Shown: in pieces, positions 1 to 7,143 of the stretch
Numbering within the stretch: the first letter of the stretch is position 1
How the letters are laid out: each line of letters opens with the position of its first letter
From: Amoeboradix gromovi X-113
Lineage: Eukaryota; Fungi; Sanchytriomycota
NCBI GenBank assembly: GCA_018985225.1
Contig: JADGIF010000521.1
Coordinates: 1 to 7,257, forward strand
Direction: 5' to 3'
DNA: 7,257 nucleotides
Translations under genes and position numbers: made by a program
Notes under the pieces: model-generated
What the model was told of the DNA's origin: nothing
Database searches by the model: none
The model's input: only the letters and a program-made list of their open reading frames with translations

Positions 1-77
1 TCTTCAAGTGGTAGATAGTTTGCTAGCGAATGGTGAGAGACCAGGTTGGCCACAAAGGATCACTGACAAAGTAGTTT

Positions 78-191
78 CGCCTATTGCCTAGGTGAAGAAA
101 TATGAGACACTGCTGTGAAAAGTTCAACTGGGTAAATCTCGTCACTCGCTTTTTACCCCCAGTCTACTTTTTACAGTGCATGTCCCATGTA
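78..191 (+). repeat. Left copy of a long inverted repeat (partner 7144..7257)
   Basis: Manual alignment of 78..191 with the reverse complement of 7144..7257 is gap-free, with 8 mismatches in 114 nt (at 105, 112, 122, 171, 177, 179, 180, 189). Positions 123..170 are identical. The repeat may extend into 1..77, which cannot be tested because the partner runs off the window. Confidence 0.97.
100..190 (+). other. Imperfect long hairpin (about 91 nt) inside the left repeat copy
   Basis: Paired by eye: 100-109 with 181-190 (one A.C mismatch, one G-U), 111-123 with 166-178 (continuous, three G-U), 127-132 with 158-163, and 133-136 with 152-155. Confidence 0.75.
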
Positions 192-791
192 CAAGACCTA
201 TGGATGTAAAGACATCCGAAATAGACTATATAATGTCCTTTATAATCGTCCTAGAAGTATAACACTGTACTTGAACAATCCATTTGTCTTGCAAATAAGG
301 ACACGAAAAGATGGGCAAAAGTGTACTTAAGTAAACAAGGCAATTACAAATTTATATCAAAAGTAGAGGTTTTCCATATAGATGATATTAAGCCGATACC
401 ATGACAAAAAATTACGGCGACTGTCTAAGATGTAATGATTAGAAATCTATTGCAATTGGTGGTATATTTAACGATGAACTCTGTTCCTTTTGCAACACTT
501 TTGGGCAAGAGGACCAAATAAAACTATTATAAAATGGATGCAGCACTTTAAGATCCAACTGTTTTCAGTAGTTTACTAGAAAATTATTAATTGTTCATAT
601 CGCATTGAAATTTTGAAGTCATGAGGCTTTCCAACCTGGCAATGTCTTAGATATTAAAATACACAATTTATAACTATCCATTTTTGAACATAGGATTCCG
701 CAATAACGATACACTTTCACATAATAAATTGTTCTCTTAAATTCTAAAACTAGCGTATCAGACTTCGGGTGGCTATTTAGCGCTTCAGCGC

Positions 792-799
792 AGAGTCAT
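792..799 (-). promoter_or_regulatory. Candidate Gcn4/CpcA response element (ATGACTCT on the minus strand)
   Basis: AGAGTCAT at 792..799 is ATGACTCT on the minus strand and contains the TGACTC core bound by fungal Gcn4/CpcA. It lies about 65 bp upstream of the ATG of an amino-acid biosynthesis gene. The motif is short, so a chance match is possible. Confidence 0.45.
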
Positions 800-864
800 T
801 CCAGGCATCCAAATTTGTGTTCTACTGTTGTGAAATTCTAACCGGCAGCTTTCACAAAGAATCC

Positions 865-1990
865 ATGAAACAAGTTTCTATCCTAGGCAACGAAAGTATT
901 ACAATTGGATTTGGCTTGCATAACGCAATACTGGACTTTATCGGTGAGTCTTCGTTTAGTACAATAGCGGTAATATCAGATATTACAATTGAGGAATTAG
1001 GGCATCTCAAGTTGTTACTAGAAGGGATGGACAAATTTGGCAAACGTATCTTATCTTACTGTATTCCAGATGGAGAGTTGTTCAAAACTCGAGAAACTAA
1101 GGAAAACATAGAGGACTTCTTGTTGAGCAATAAATGTCATAGAGATACATTGCTTATTGCCCTAGGTGGTGGGGTGGTTGGCGATTTGGTTGGGTTCACA
1201 GCTAGCACTTATATGAGGGGTGTACCCGTGGTACAAATACCCACTACTTTATTGGCTATGGTTGACTCTAGCGTAGGTGGTAAAACCGGGTTAGACACTG
1301 TTCATGGTAAGAATCTAATTGGTGCGTTCCACCAGCCTCTTCATATTTTCATAGATGTCATGTACTTATCAACTCTACCTATTCGTCAGTTTTGCAATGG
1401 AATGGCTGAAGTAATTAAAACAGCTGCTATTGCTAATTCTGCGGAATTTGCGTTTTTAGAAGAACATGCTGATAGTATATTAAAGGCTGTACAAAATCCT
1501 ATTGACGCTAATTCAGCGTCATTATTAACTCACGTTGTTATGGAATCAGTTAAGGTCAAGGCTAACATCGTGACTGAAGATGAAAAAGAGAGTGGTCTGC
1601 GGGGTTTACTGAACTTTGGTCATACTGTTGGACATGGCATAGAAGCTGCTGTATTTCCCAACTTACTGCATGGCGAATGTGTTAGTTTAGGAATGGTTAT
1701 TGAAGGTGAAATATCCCGCTATTTAAACCATTTGAGCAATACCGCCCTTGGTAGATTGGAAAGACTTCTATCTGCATTTCAACTACCAACTGATTTCTTC
1801 AAAAAATCGACTAGAACTTTATTTAAAGGCAAAGATGTCAAATTTAACACGCTAATGGATTTCATATACATGGATAAAAAGAATGCGAAGTCCAATATCA
1901 AAATATGTTTACTGAAGGATATTGGTAGCACTGTTGAATTAAAAGCAACTGCTGTTGACCTTGCTGTTATTAAGCTACATTTATGTAAAG
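865..1990 (+). other. AROM domain 1: 3-dehydroquinate synthase (boundaries approximate)
   Basis: Motifs ALGGGVVGDLVGF, PTTLLAMVDSSVGGKTG, KNLIGAFHQP, GMAEVIK, LLNFGHTVGHGIE, LLHGECV and DKKN. The metal-ligand Glu/His/His residues are present. Confidence 0.93.
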
Positions 1991-4900
1991 GTGTTCAAAT
2001 TCATCCATTCAAACATACTTTGTCTCATTTTGTGTGCAAAGTACCAGGTTCAAAATCAATAAGTAACAGGGTCTTGATAATGGCTGCACTAGGTAAAGGA
2101 ACTGTTAAAATTCACAATTTTTTGCATTCAGAAGATACTCAGGTGATGCTTCACTGTTTAAAGCAACTAAAAGCATGTTCTTTTGAATATGATGATGATT
2201 TATTGGTTATCACGGGCAATAATGGTTTACTGACTGTTCCTGATGACCCCCTTTTCATTAGTAATGCAGGCACAGCGGCTAGATTTCTAACTACAATGCT
2301 GAACCTGTGCAATGGTACAATCACGCTAACAGGGAACGACAGAATGAGACTTAGACCCATACACCCACTTGTTGATGCGTTGGTCAATTGCGACATCCAA
2401 TACTTAGAGAAGAGAGGATTTCTACCACTCAGAATTGCAGCCAAGGGACTAAGTGGCGGTTTGATTGAACTTGATGCTAAGATTTCATCGCAGTATGTTA
2501 GCTCCATTTTAATTAGCGCACCCTATGCTAAAAGTCCGATTCTGTTAAAATTAGCGGGAACAGTCATCAGTAAACAGTATATTGACATGACTTGCGCTAT
2601 GATGAAGTCATTTGGTGTCATGGTAAACAGCTATACTGACGAGTATGATGGTAATCTGTGTTATGAAATTCCTGTACAACACTATGTTAATCCTTGTGAT
2701 TATGTAATAGAGCCCGATGCTTCATCTGCAACCTACCCTCTTTCATTTGCTGCAATTACTAACACCACTGTAACTATTCCACATTTGACTAGCTCTAGCT
2801 GCCAGGGAGATGCATTATATTCTGAGCTAGTATTGAAAGCAATGAATTGCACTGTTGAACAAAATACCGAATCTACTACAGTCAGCAAAGACGCTAAAGT
2901 TACTCTAACAAGTATGATAAAATTAAACATGGAGATCCTCACAGATGCATTTTTAACTGCAGCAGTAATAAATGGTGTTTGCTCAGGCTCATGCACTATA
3001 ACAGGAATCGCGAATCAACGAGTCAAAGAATGCAATCGTATATCTGCCATTAGGGAGGGTTTGCAGCAGTTTAATATCCAGGCTACCGAATTGGATGATG
3101 GAATAGTTATTCATGGCAACAATTTTGCTAAAGATATCAAACGTAATCCAATAATAGAATGCCATGAGGATCATAGAGTAGCCATGTCTTTCTCGTTACT
3201 AGGATGCTTGTATGGGTGCATATTAAATGATCGTAAATGCGTGGGTAAGACATATCCTGAGTGGTTTGACGTTTTAGGAAATATATTTCATGTAGAATTG
3301 AGTGGGTATGACATTGAGGAAGATACTCAGCAGGACTTGTCCGTGTCTGATAAATCAAAATGTGAAATATCATCGGTCTACCTAATAGGAATGAGAGGCG
3401 TTGGTAAATCCACTTTAGGAAAAATGCATGCAAATAGAATGTCAATGAAGTTTGTAGATGTAGATGTAGAAATTAGTAATGCTGCTGGTACGAATATAAG
3501 TGAATACGTCGAATTAAATGGGTGGGAAAAGTTTAGGGAGTTGGAAAATAGAGTGTTGCGCAAGATTATTCAGGATCACCCATTTAATTCGGTTGTAGCT
3601 TGCGGTGGAGGAATATGCACGTATGAGCCTAGTAGATTACTGTTGCAAAAATGCTTTGTAATACTGATAACTAACCCAACTACAACACCCGCAGCTACAA
3701 TAAATAGGCCTGCCTACAATGACTCGTTTGAGGCTGTGTATGCAAGTAGAATTAAGGATTATCAAGATACTTGCAATTATGAGTACATTGGATCGACACT
3801 AAGCAAAGATACGCAATATTTTACTGAGTGGCTTAACAGTGCTACAGGTGCAAGATCTGATACATTCACTAAAAATTTAACAGAGTTTTCAAACTTTGTT
3901 TGCTGTACACTACCTGACTATACGTTTGTTAATGAAATTGAGCTATTGTCATCAATGGATGCTAGTAACATGGTAGAAATAAGAATAGATCATGTGAATG
4001 ATGTTGGAAGACAGCTTTTCTATTTGCAGCAGTTATTGCATGCAGTAAACAAGCCGATTATCGCAACATTAAGATCAGTGCAAGAAGGCGGAAAGTATGA
4101 AGGATCTTTTACAGAGTACTATCAGCTATTGATGAAGTTAATAAAATGGAATATCCCAATAATTGATGTAGAATACAACCGATTCAAGAGAAAACCGTTG
4201 GAGTTAGATGTTTTGATTGAAACGTGTTTGAAGTATAAGGTGGACATTATATGTAGCTGGCACGAACAGGGTACACAAACCAAATGGGATGATATGAAAT
4301 ACATTGCTAATAAAATGCAACAGATCGGCTTGGTCAAGATTATTGGTGCTGGCAATGATATAGACGGGTTAATAAGATTTAAAGAGTGGTTTCGTAATCA
4401 ATATAACAAGCCACTTATATGCTGTTTAATGGGAAGTGAATGCCAGTATTCACGGGTAATTAGTAAAATAGTACCAATAACCCATGGTTTATACACCAAA
4501 GCAGCACTAGGACAAATGACTCTAAAAGAGATCAACAGGTGCAGAGTTGATCTTGGATTGGTCAATAAGAGCAGTTACTATCTGATTGGATACCCCATCA
4601 GCTCTAGTCCTAGTCCAGTTCTGCATAATACGGGGTTTAACATAATTGGATTGCCACATCAGTACAAGATTCTAGAATGCAAGAATGTGGATAATATCAA
4701 TAAATTACTGCAACAAAGCGATTTTGGAGGATGTAGTATAACTATCCCGTTAAAAGAAGATATGATGGCATTTTGCGATGAAATCGACGCAGATGCAAAG
4801 AATATTGGCGCAATTAATACAATTATTAAGAGAAATAACAGACTAGTAGGGTATAATACGGACTACAAGGGTATAATGAGATGTGGCGATATGTTGGCAA

Positions 4901-5319
4901 ACAGTTCGATTAATAAAGTGCTGGTTATTGGCGCAGGTGGGACAGCAAGAGCAGCATGCTATGCTGTGCAGAAATGGGGAGTTAGTCTGTATATTTGGAA
5001 CAGAACAATCAGCAAGGGTGAGATACTGGCAACTAGATTTAACGGGACATGCTTGGATAAACTAGAGGGCGAATATGATATGATAATTAGCACTATTCCA
5101 TATAAAGCACAAGTTGGGATTAAGATACCAAATGCAGAGTATTTGATAGATTTGAGTTATTCCAAGGAAGAGACAACGTTTATGAAGGTGATAAAACAGC
5201 ATATTAGGGGAATAGACGTGTTATTGGAACAAGGATATTGCCAATTCGAGTTATTTACTAATATGAAAGCACCAAAGTTTGGAATGAAGAAAGCTGTATT
5301 AGCAGAATTCAATAAATAA
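865..5319 (+). CDS. ARO1: Pentafunctional AROM polypeptide (shikimate pathway steps 2-6)
   Basis: Uninterrupted ORF with all five domains in the fungal AROM order. The ORF track starts at a GTG (817); the first in-frame ATG is 865 (MKQVSILGNESITIG, a typical AROM N-terminus), giving 1484 aa. It ends at TAA 5317..5319, just after the normal end of the shikimate dehydrogenase domain. Confidence 0.97.
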   Translation: MKQVSILGNESITIGFGLHNAILDFIGESSFSTIAVISDITIEELGHLKLLLEGMDKFGKRILSYCIPDGELFKTRETKENIEDFLLSNKCHRDTLLIALGGGVVGDLVGFTASTYMRGVPVVQIPTTLLAMVDSSVGGKTGLDTVHGKNLIGAFHQPLHIFIDVMYLSTLPIRQFCNGMAEVIKTAAIANSAEFAFLEEHADSILKAVQNPIDANSASLLTHVVMESVKVKANIVTEDEKESGLRGLLNFGHTVGHGIEAAVFPNLLHGECVSLGMVIEGEISRYLNHLSNTALGRLERLLSAFQLPTDFFKKSTRTLFKGKDVKFNTLMDFIYMDKKNAKSNIKICLLKDIGSTVELKATAVDLAVIKLHLCKGVQIHPFKHTLSHFVCKVPGSKSISNRVLIMAALGKGTVKIHNFLHSEDTQVMLHCLKQLKACSFEYDDDLLVITGNNGLLTVPDDPLFISNAGTAARFLTTMLNLCNGTITLTGNDRMRLRPIHPLVDALVNCDIQYLEKRGFLPLRIAAKGLSGGLIELDAKISSQYVSSILISAPYAKSPILLKLAGTVISKQYIDMTCAMMKSFGVMVNSYTDEYDGNLCYEIPVQHYVNPCDYVIEPDASSATYPLSFAAITNTTVTIPHLTSSSCQGDALYSELVLKAMNCTVEQNTESTTVSKDAKVTLTSMIKLNMEILTDAFLTAAVINGVCSGSCTITGIANQRVKECNRISAIREGLQQFNIQATELDDGIVIHGNNFAKDIKRNPIIECHEDHRVAMSFSLLGCLYGCILNDRKCVGKTYPEWFDVLGNIFHVELSGYDIEEDTQQDLSVSDKSKCEISSVYLIGMRGVGKSTLGKMHANRMSMKFVDVDVEISNAAGTNISEYVELNGWEKFRELENRVLRKIIQDHPFNSVVACGGGICTYEPSRLLLQKCFVILITNPTTTPAATINRPAYNDSFEAVYASRIKDYQDTCNYEYIGSTLSKDTQYFTEWLNSATGARSDTFTKNLTEFSNFVCCTLPDYTFVNEIELLSSMDASNMVEIRIDHVNDVGRQLFYLQQLLHAVNKPIIATLRSVQEGGKYEGSFTEYYQLLMKLIKWNIPIIDVEYNRFKRKPLELDVLIETCLKYKVDIICSWHEQGTQTKWDDMKYIANKMQQIGLVKIIGAGNDIDGLIRFKEWFRNQYNKPLICCLMGSECQYSRVISKIVPITHGLYTKAALGQMTLKEINRCRVDLGLVNKSSYYLIGYPISSSPSPVLHNTGFNIIGLPHQYKILECKNVDNINKLLQQSDFGGCSITIPLKEDMMAFCDEIDADAKNIGAINTIIKRNNRLVGYNTDYKGIMRCGDMLANSSINKVLVIGAGGTARAACYAVQKWGVSLYIWNRTISKGEILATRFNGTCLDKLEGEYDMIISTIPYKAQVGIKIPNAEYLIDLSYSKEETTFMKVIKQHIRGIDVLLEQGYCQFELFTNMKAPKFGMKKAVLAEFNK
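2020..3300 (+). other. AROM domain 2: EPSP synthase (boundaries approximate)
   Basis: Motifs VPGSKSISNR (at 2041), NAGTAARFLT, RMRLRPI, SSQYVSSIL, DASSATY, QGD, TDAFLT, IANQRVKECNRI, DHRVAMSF and CVGKTYP. Confidence 0.93.
3370..3845 (+). other. AROM domain 3: shikimate kinase (boundaries approximate)
   Basis: Walker A GMRGVGKS (3388..3411), FVDVD, GWEKFRELE, ACGGG and RPAY. Confidence 0.9.
3880..4560 (+). other. AROM domain 4: type I 3-dehydroquinate dehydratase (boundaries approximate)
   Basis: Motifs VEIRID, IIATLRSVQEGG, IIDVE, ICSWH (catalytic His), LVKII (Schiff-base Lys), MGSECQYSR and AALGQ (usually AAPGQ). Confidence 0.85.
4570..5316 (+). other. AROM domain 5: shikimate dehydrogenase (boundaries approximate)
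   Basis: Motifs IGYPISSSPSPVLHN, GCSITIPLKE, IGAINT, YNTDYKG, Rossmann GAGGTARA, WNRT and LLEQGYCQF. Confidence 0.92.
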
Positions 5320-5765
5320 TTTCTAGTACTCCACTTGACTAAAATTTCTAATTTCCAAGAAAAGTGAGAACTCCACCGAGAACTGACAAAGCCAGTCGCT
5401 GCGCTAGAGTGGTTGCTCACACTTCTGCTAACATCAGATTGGATCGAATAATGATGCACCAGTGTGGGAGATGTGAAAATACAAAGTGCATTAAACGGAT
5501 TGCAAATTGCATAGGTGTCTCTTTCACGGTTTTGAAAGAAACCAAACAGTTCTTGAATAAGAAAATTTCTGTATCTATTTAAGATTTTTAGGTTTAACAT
5601 AATGAGGATATGTCGATTGGAAGCCATTGCAAATGACGAATAGAAAATTGTCGAGTTTTTATGCAGTCACAAAAGTCTAGAAAGAGAGAATATGGAAACA
5701 ATATAGCCTATGCTATGACTATGAATGGTTAATTTAATGAAAATCGAGAGCTGTTCTCAATTTTC

Positions 5766-6830
5766 ATGACAAAGGGATTTGCTTATGAGCAGTCGGCTGA
5801 GTCTTTTGCAGTCATTGCTGCCAAGTCTTGCTTTTTAGGTGTATATAAATACCATGGTGGTTTAAGCAATTTCCACATTTTGTACAAGATTAGAAGGTAT
5901 GTAGACTCTAACTTTACTTCAGGCGACCTGACGGGAAGTTATTGCGATCAAATTGCTGATGACATTAAGCAAGTAAAAAACATAAAAGAAGAATTTGGAA
6001 AAGAAATTGTGCATGCATGGTTGAGCGTGTGGACACGGGATTGTAAAGCAAATTTTATATCCAATCAAAACAGGTTCATATGTACCAGTAGAGTCGAAAT
6101 AGAAATTGGAGAGGACATTGGATTCTATTCATATATTGTGGACAATGCAATAGCGGGTCCACTTCTAATGATGACATATTCAGAAAATCCAAATGTTGCG
6201 ATGAAGATTACAAATAATAAGGTGTATTTTGAAGCTATTGTTCCCATTAAACCAAACACGATAATCACTGTTGCCAAGAATCCTTTAGTGGATAAGCCAC
6301 TTGACTATAAACAGATTAAATTCTATGAAGAGTGTAAATCGTGCAAAGGAGACTTGTCCGAACCAGCGAAAATGCATGTGCCTATGCTTAATTTGGAGCA
6401 TAGAAAATCGATAATCAAGGATCTGTCTATTACGGATTTTCAAAAGAAGGTTTATGAAGAACTCTTTAATGCATTTTCAAAGATGAACTACTGTATGAAT
6501 TGCGTAACTCATAGGTGCACATTCTTTCAGGAATGGCCTGAAAGAGAAAGAGTTATTTTGTCTTCTGAGATTACATATCAAACCTGGGCTTTTAGCAGAT
6601 TGCTGACAATTGAGAATCCCAAACTCGTGGATAAGCTGCTTGATGATCCAGCACATGCATATATTACAGATGATGAATACGATGAATATGTAGCAAACAG
6701 ATCGAGGAAATTAGAGGAATTTACTGCAGAAGATTACGATTATGATTCCGAGGAAGATCAATTAAGGAAAAGAAAAAATAGAAGACAGACAAAGAAGAAG
6801 GGCAAGAAGGCAGCTCGATTAGTTTCTTGA
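5766..6830 (+). CDS. Hypothetical nuclear protein with a degenerate SET-like domain (Set9/Suv4-20-like); true 5' end uncertain
   Basis: 354-aa ORF. SRVEIEIGEDI and GPLLMMTYSENPNV...VYFEAIVPIKPNTIITV follow the SET pattern (GPxxFxNHxCxPN...AxxxIxxGEEITxxY). CKSC and CMNCVTHRCTFFQEWPER resemble the CxxC...CxxCxxH-x6-WP motif I recall from fungal Set9 proteins. An acidic tract is followed by a basic NLS-like tail (RKRKNRRQTKKKGKK). Coding status is well supported; the family call is by eye only. Confidence 0.6.
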   Translation: MTKGFAYEQSAESFAVIAAKSCFLGVYKYHGGLSNFHILYKIRRYVDSNFTSGDLTGSYCDQIADDIKQVKNIKEEFGKEIVHAWLSVWTRDCKANFISNQNRFICTSRVEIEIGEDIGFYSYIVDNAIAGPLLMMTYSENPNVAMKITNNKVYFEAIVPIKPNTIITVAKNPLVDKPLDYKQIKFYEECKSCKGDLSEPAKMHVPMLNLEHRKSIIKDLSITDFQKKVYEELFNAFSKMNYCMNCVTHRCTFFQEWPERERVILSSEITYQTWAFSRLLTIENPKLVDKLLDDPAHAYITDDEYDEYVANRSRKLEEFTAEDYDYDSEEDQLRKRKNRRQTKKKGKKAARLVS

Positions 6831-7143
6831 ATAAATCATTTATCGCGAATTTGTATGCATTTTTGTATAATTTCAAGATTTTTCCAGATTTTTCTAATAG
6901 CTCAAATACTCGATATTATTCCTTTTCGCAAGTGTAAATCAATTCTAAAGAAATAACTAACAGGTACAGTATACGTTCATCAACACTGAGGAACCGGTCC
7001 AAGCATGGAAATTCGATACCATGTACAATATGTGGCACTCTAAAGAAAAACAATTTGGAGAGCTATTCATGTACATAGTGTCATTTGGAAGTGGACATGG
7101 ACCACATGGCACCAAGAAACATATACCAGAATACACGTATAAC

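Noticed and set aside
1-60. tRNA-like or SINE head (CAAGTGGTAGA A-box-like, CAGGTT)
   Set aside because: There is no GTTCRA B-box or T-loop and no convincing cloverleaf, and the region is truncated at the window start.
102-209. Paired short ORFs starting in the repeats (+102..209, 35 aa; -7081..7233, 50 aa with a hydrophobic tail)
   Set aside because: Differences between the copies are almost all non-synonymous (R/G, C/Y, K/N, C/S, M/V, V/I; one silent) and the C-termini are unrelated, so there is no sign of coding selection.
817-864. N-terminal extension of the AROM ORF from GTG 817
   Set aside because: The gene is eukaryotic-type. Recognisable AROM sequence begins at ATG 865, and the extra 16 residues show no family similarity.
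2260-2292. EPSP synthase NAGTAARF as a novel glyphosate-resistance variant
   Set aside because: Phe at the position equivalent to the bacterial/plant Pro is normal for fungal AROM proteins.
852-5627. Short antisense or alternate-frame ORFs (852..1043, 2151..2507, 2733..2996, 2989..3174, 3137..3445, 3378..3563, 4122..4355, 4883..5065, 5157..5627)
   Set aside because: They overlap the well-supported AROM CDS and carry no recognisable motifs, so they are best explained as shadow ORFs.
401-5765. Alternative genetic code (TAA/TAG = Gln) to explain the in-frame stops at 401..616 and 5580..5732
   Set aside because: More than 1800 codons in the two long ORFs contain no internal TAA/TAG, AROM ends at TAA exactly where homologs end, and a TGA at 5634 would still interrupt the frame.
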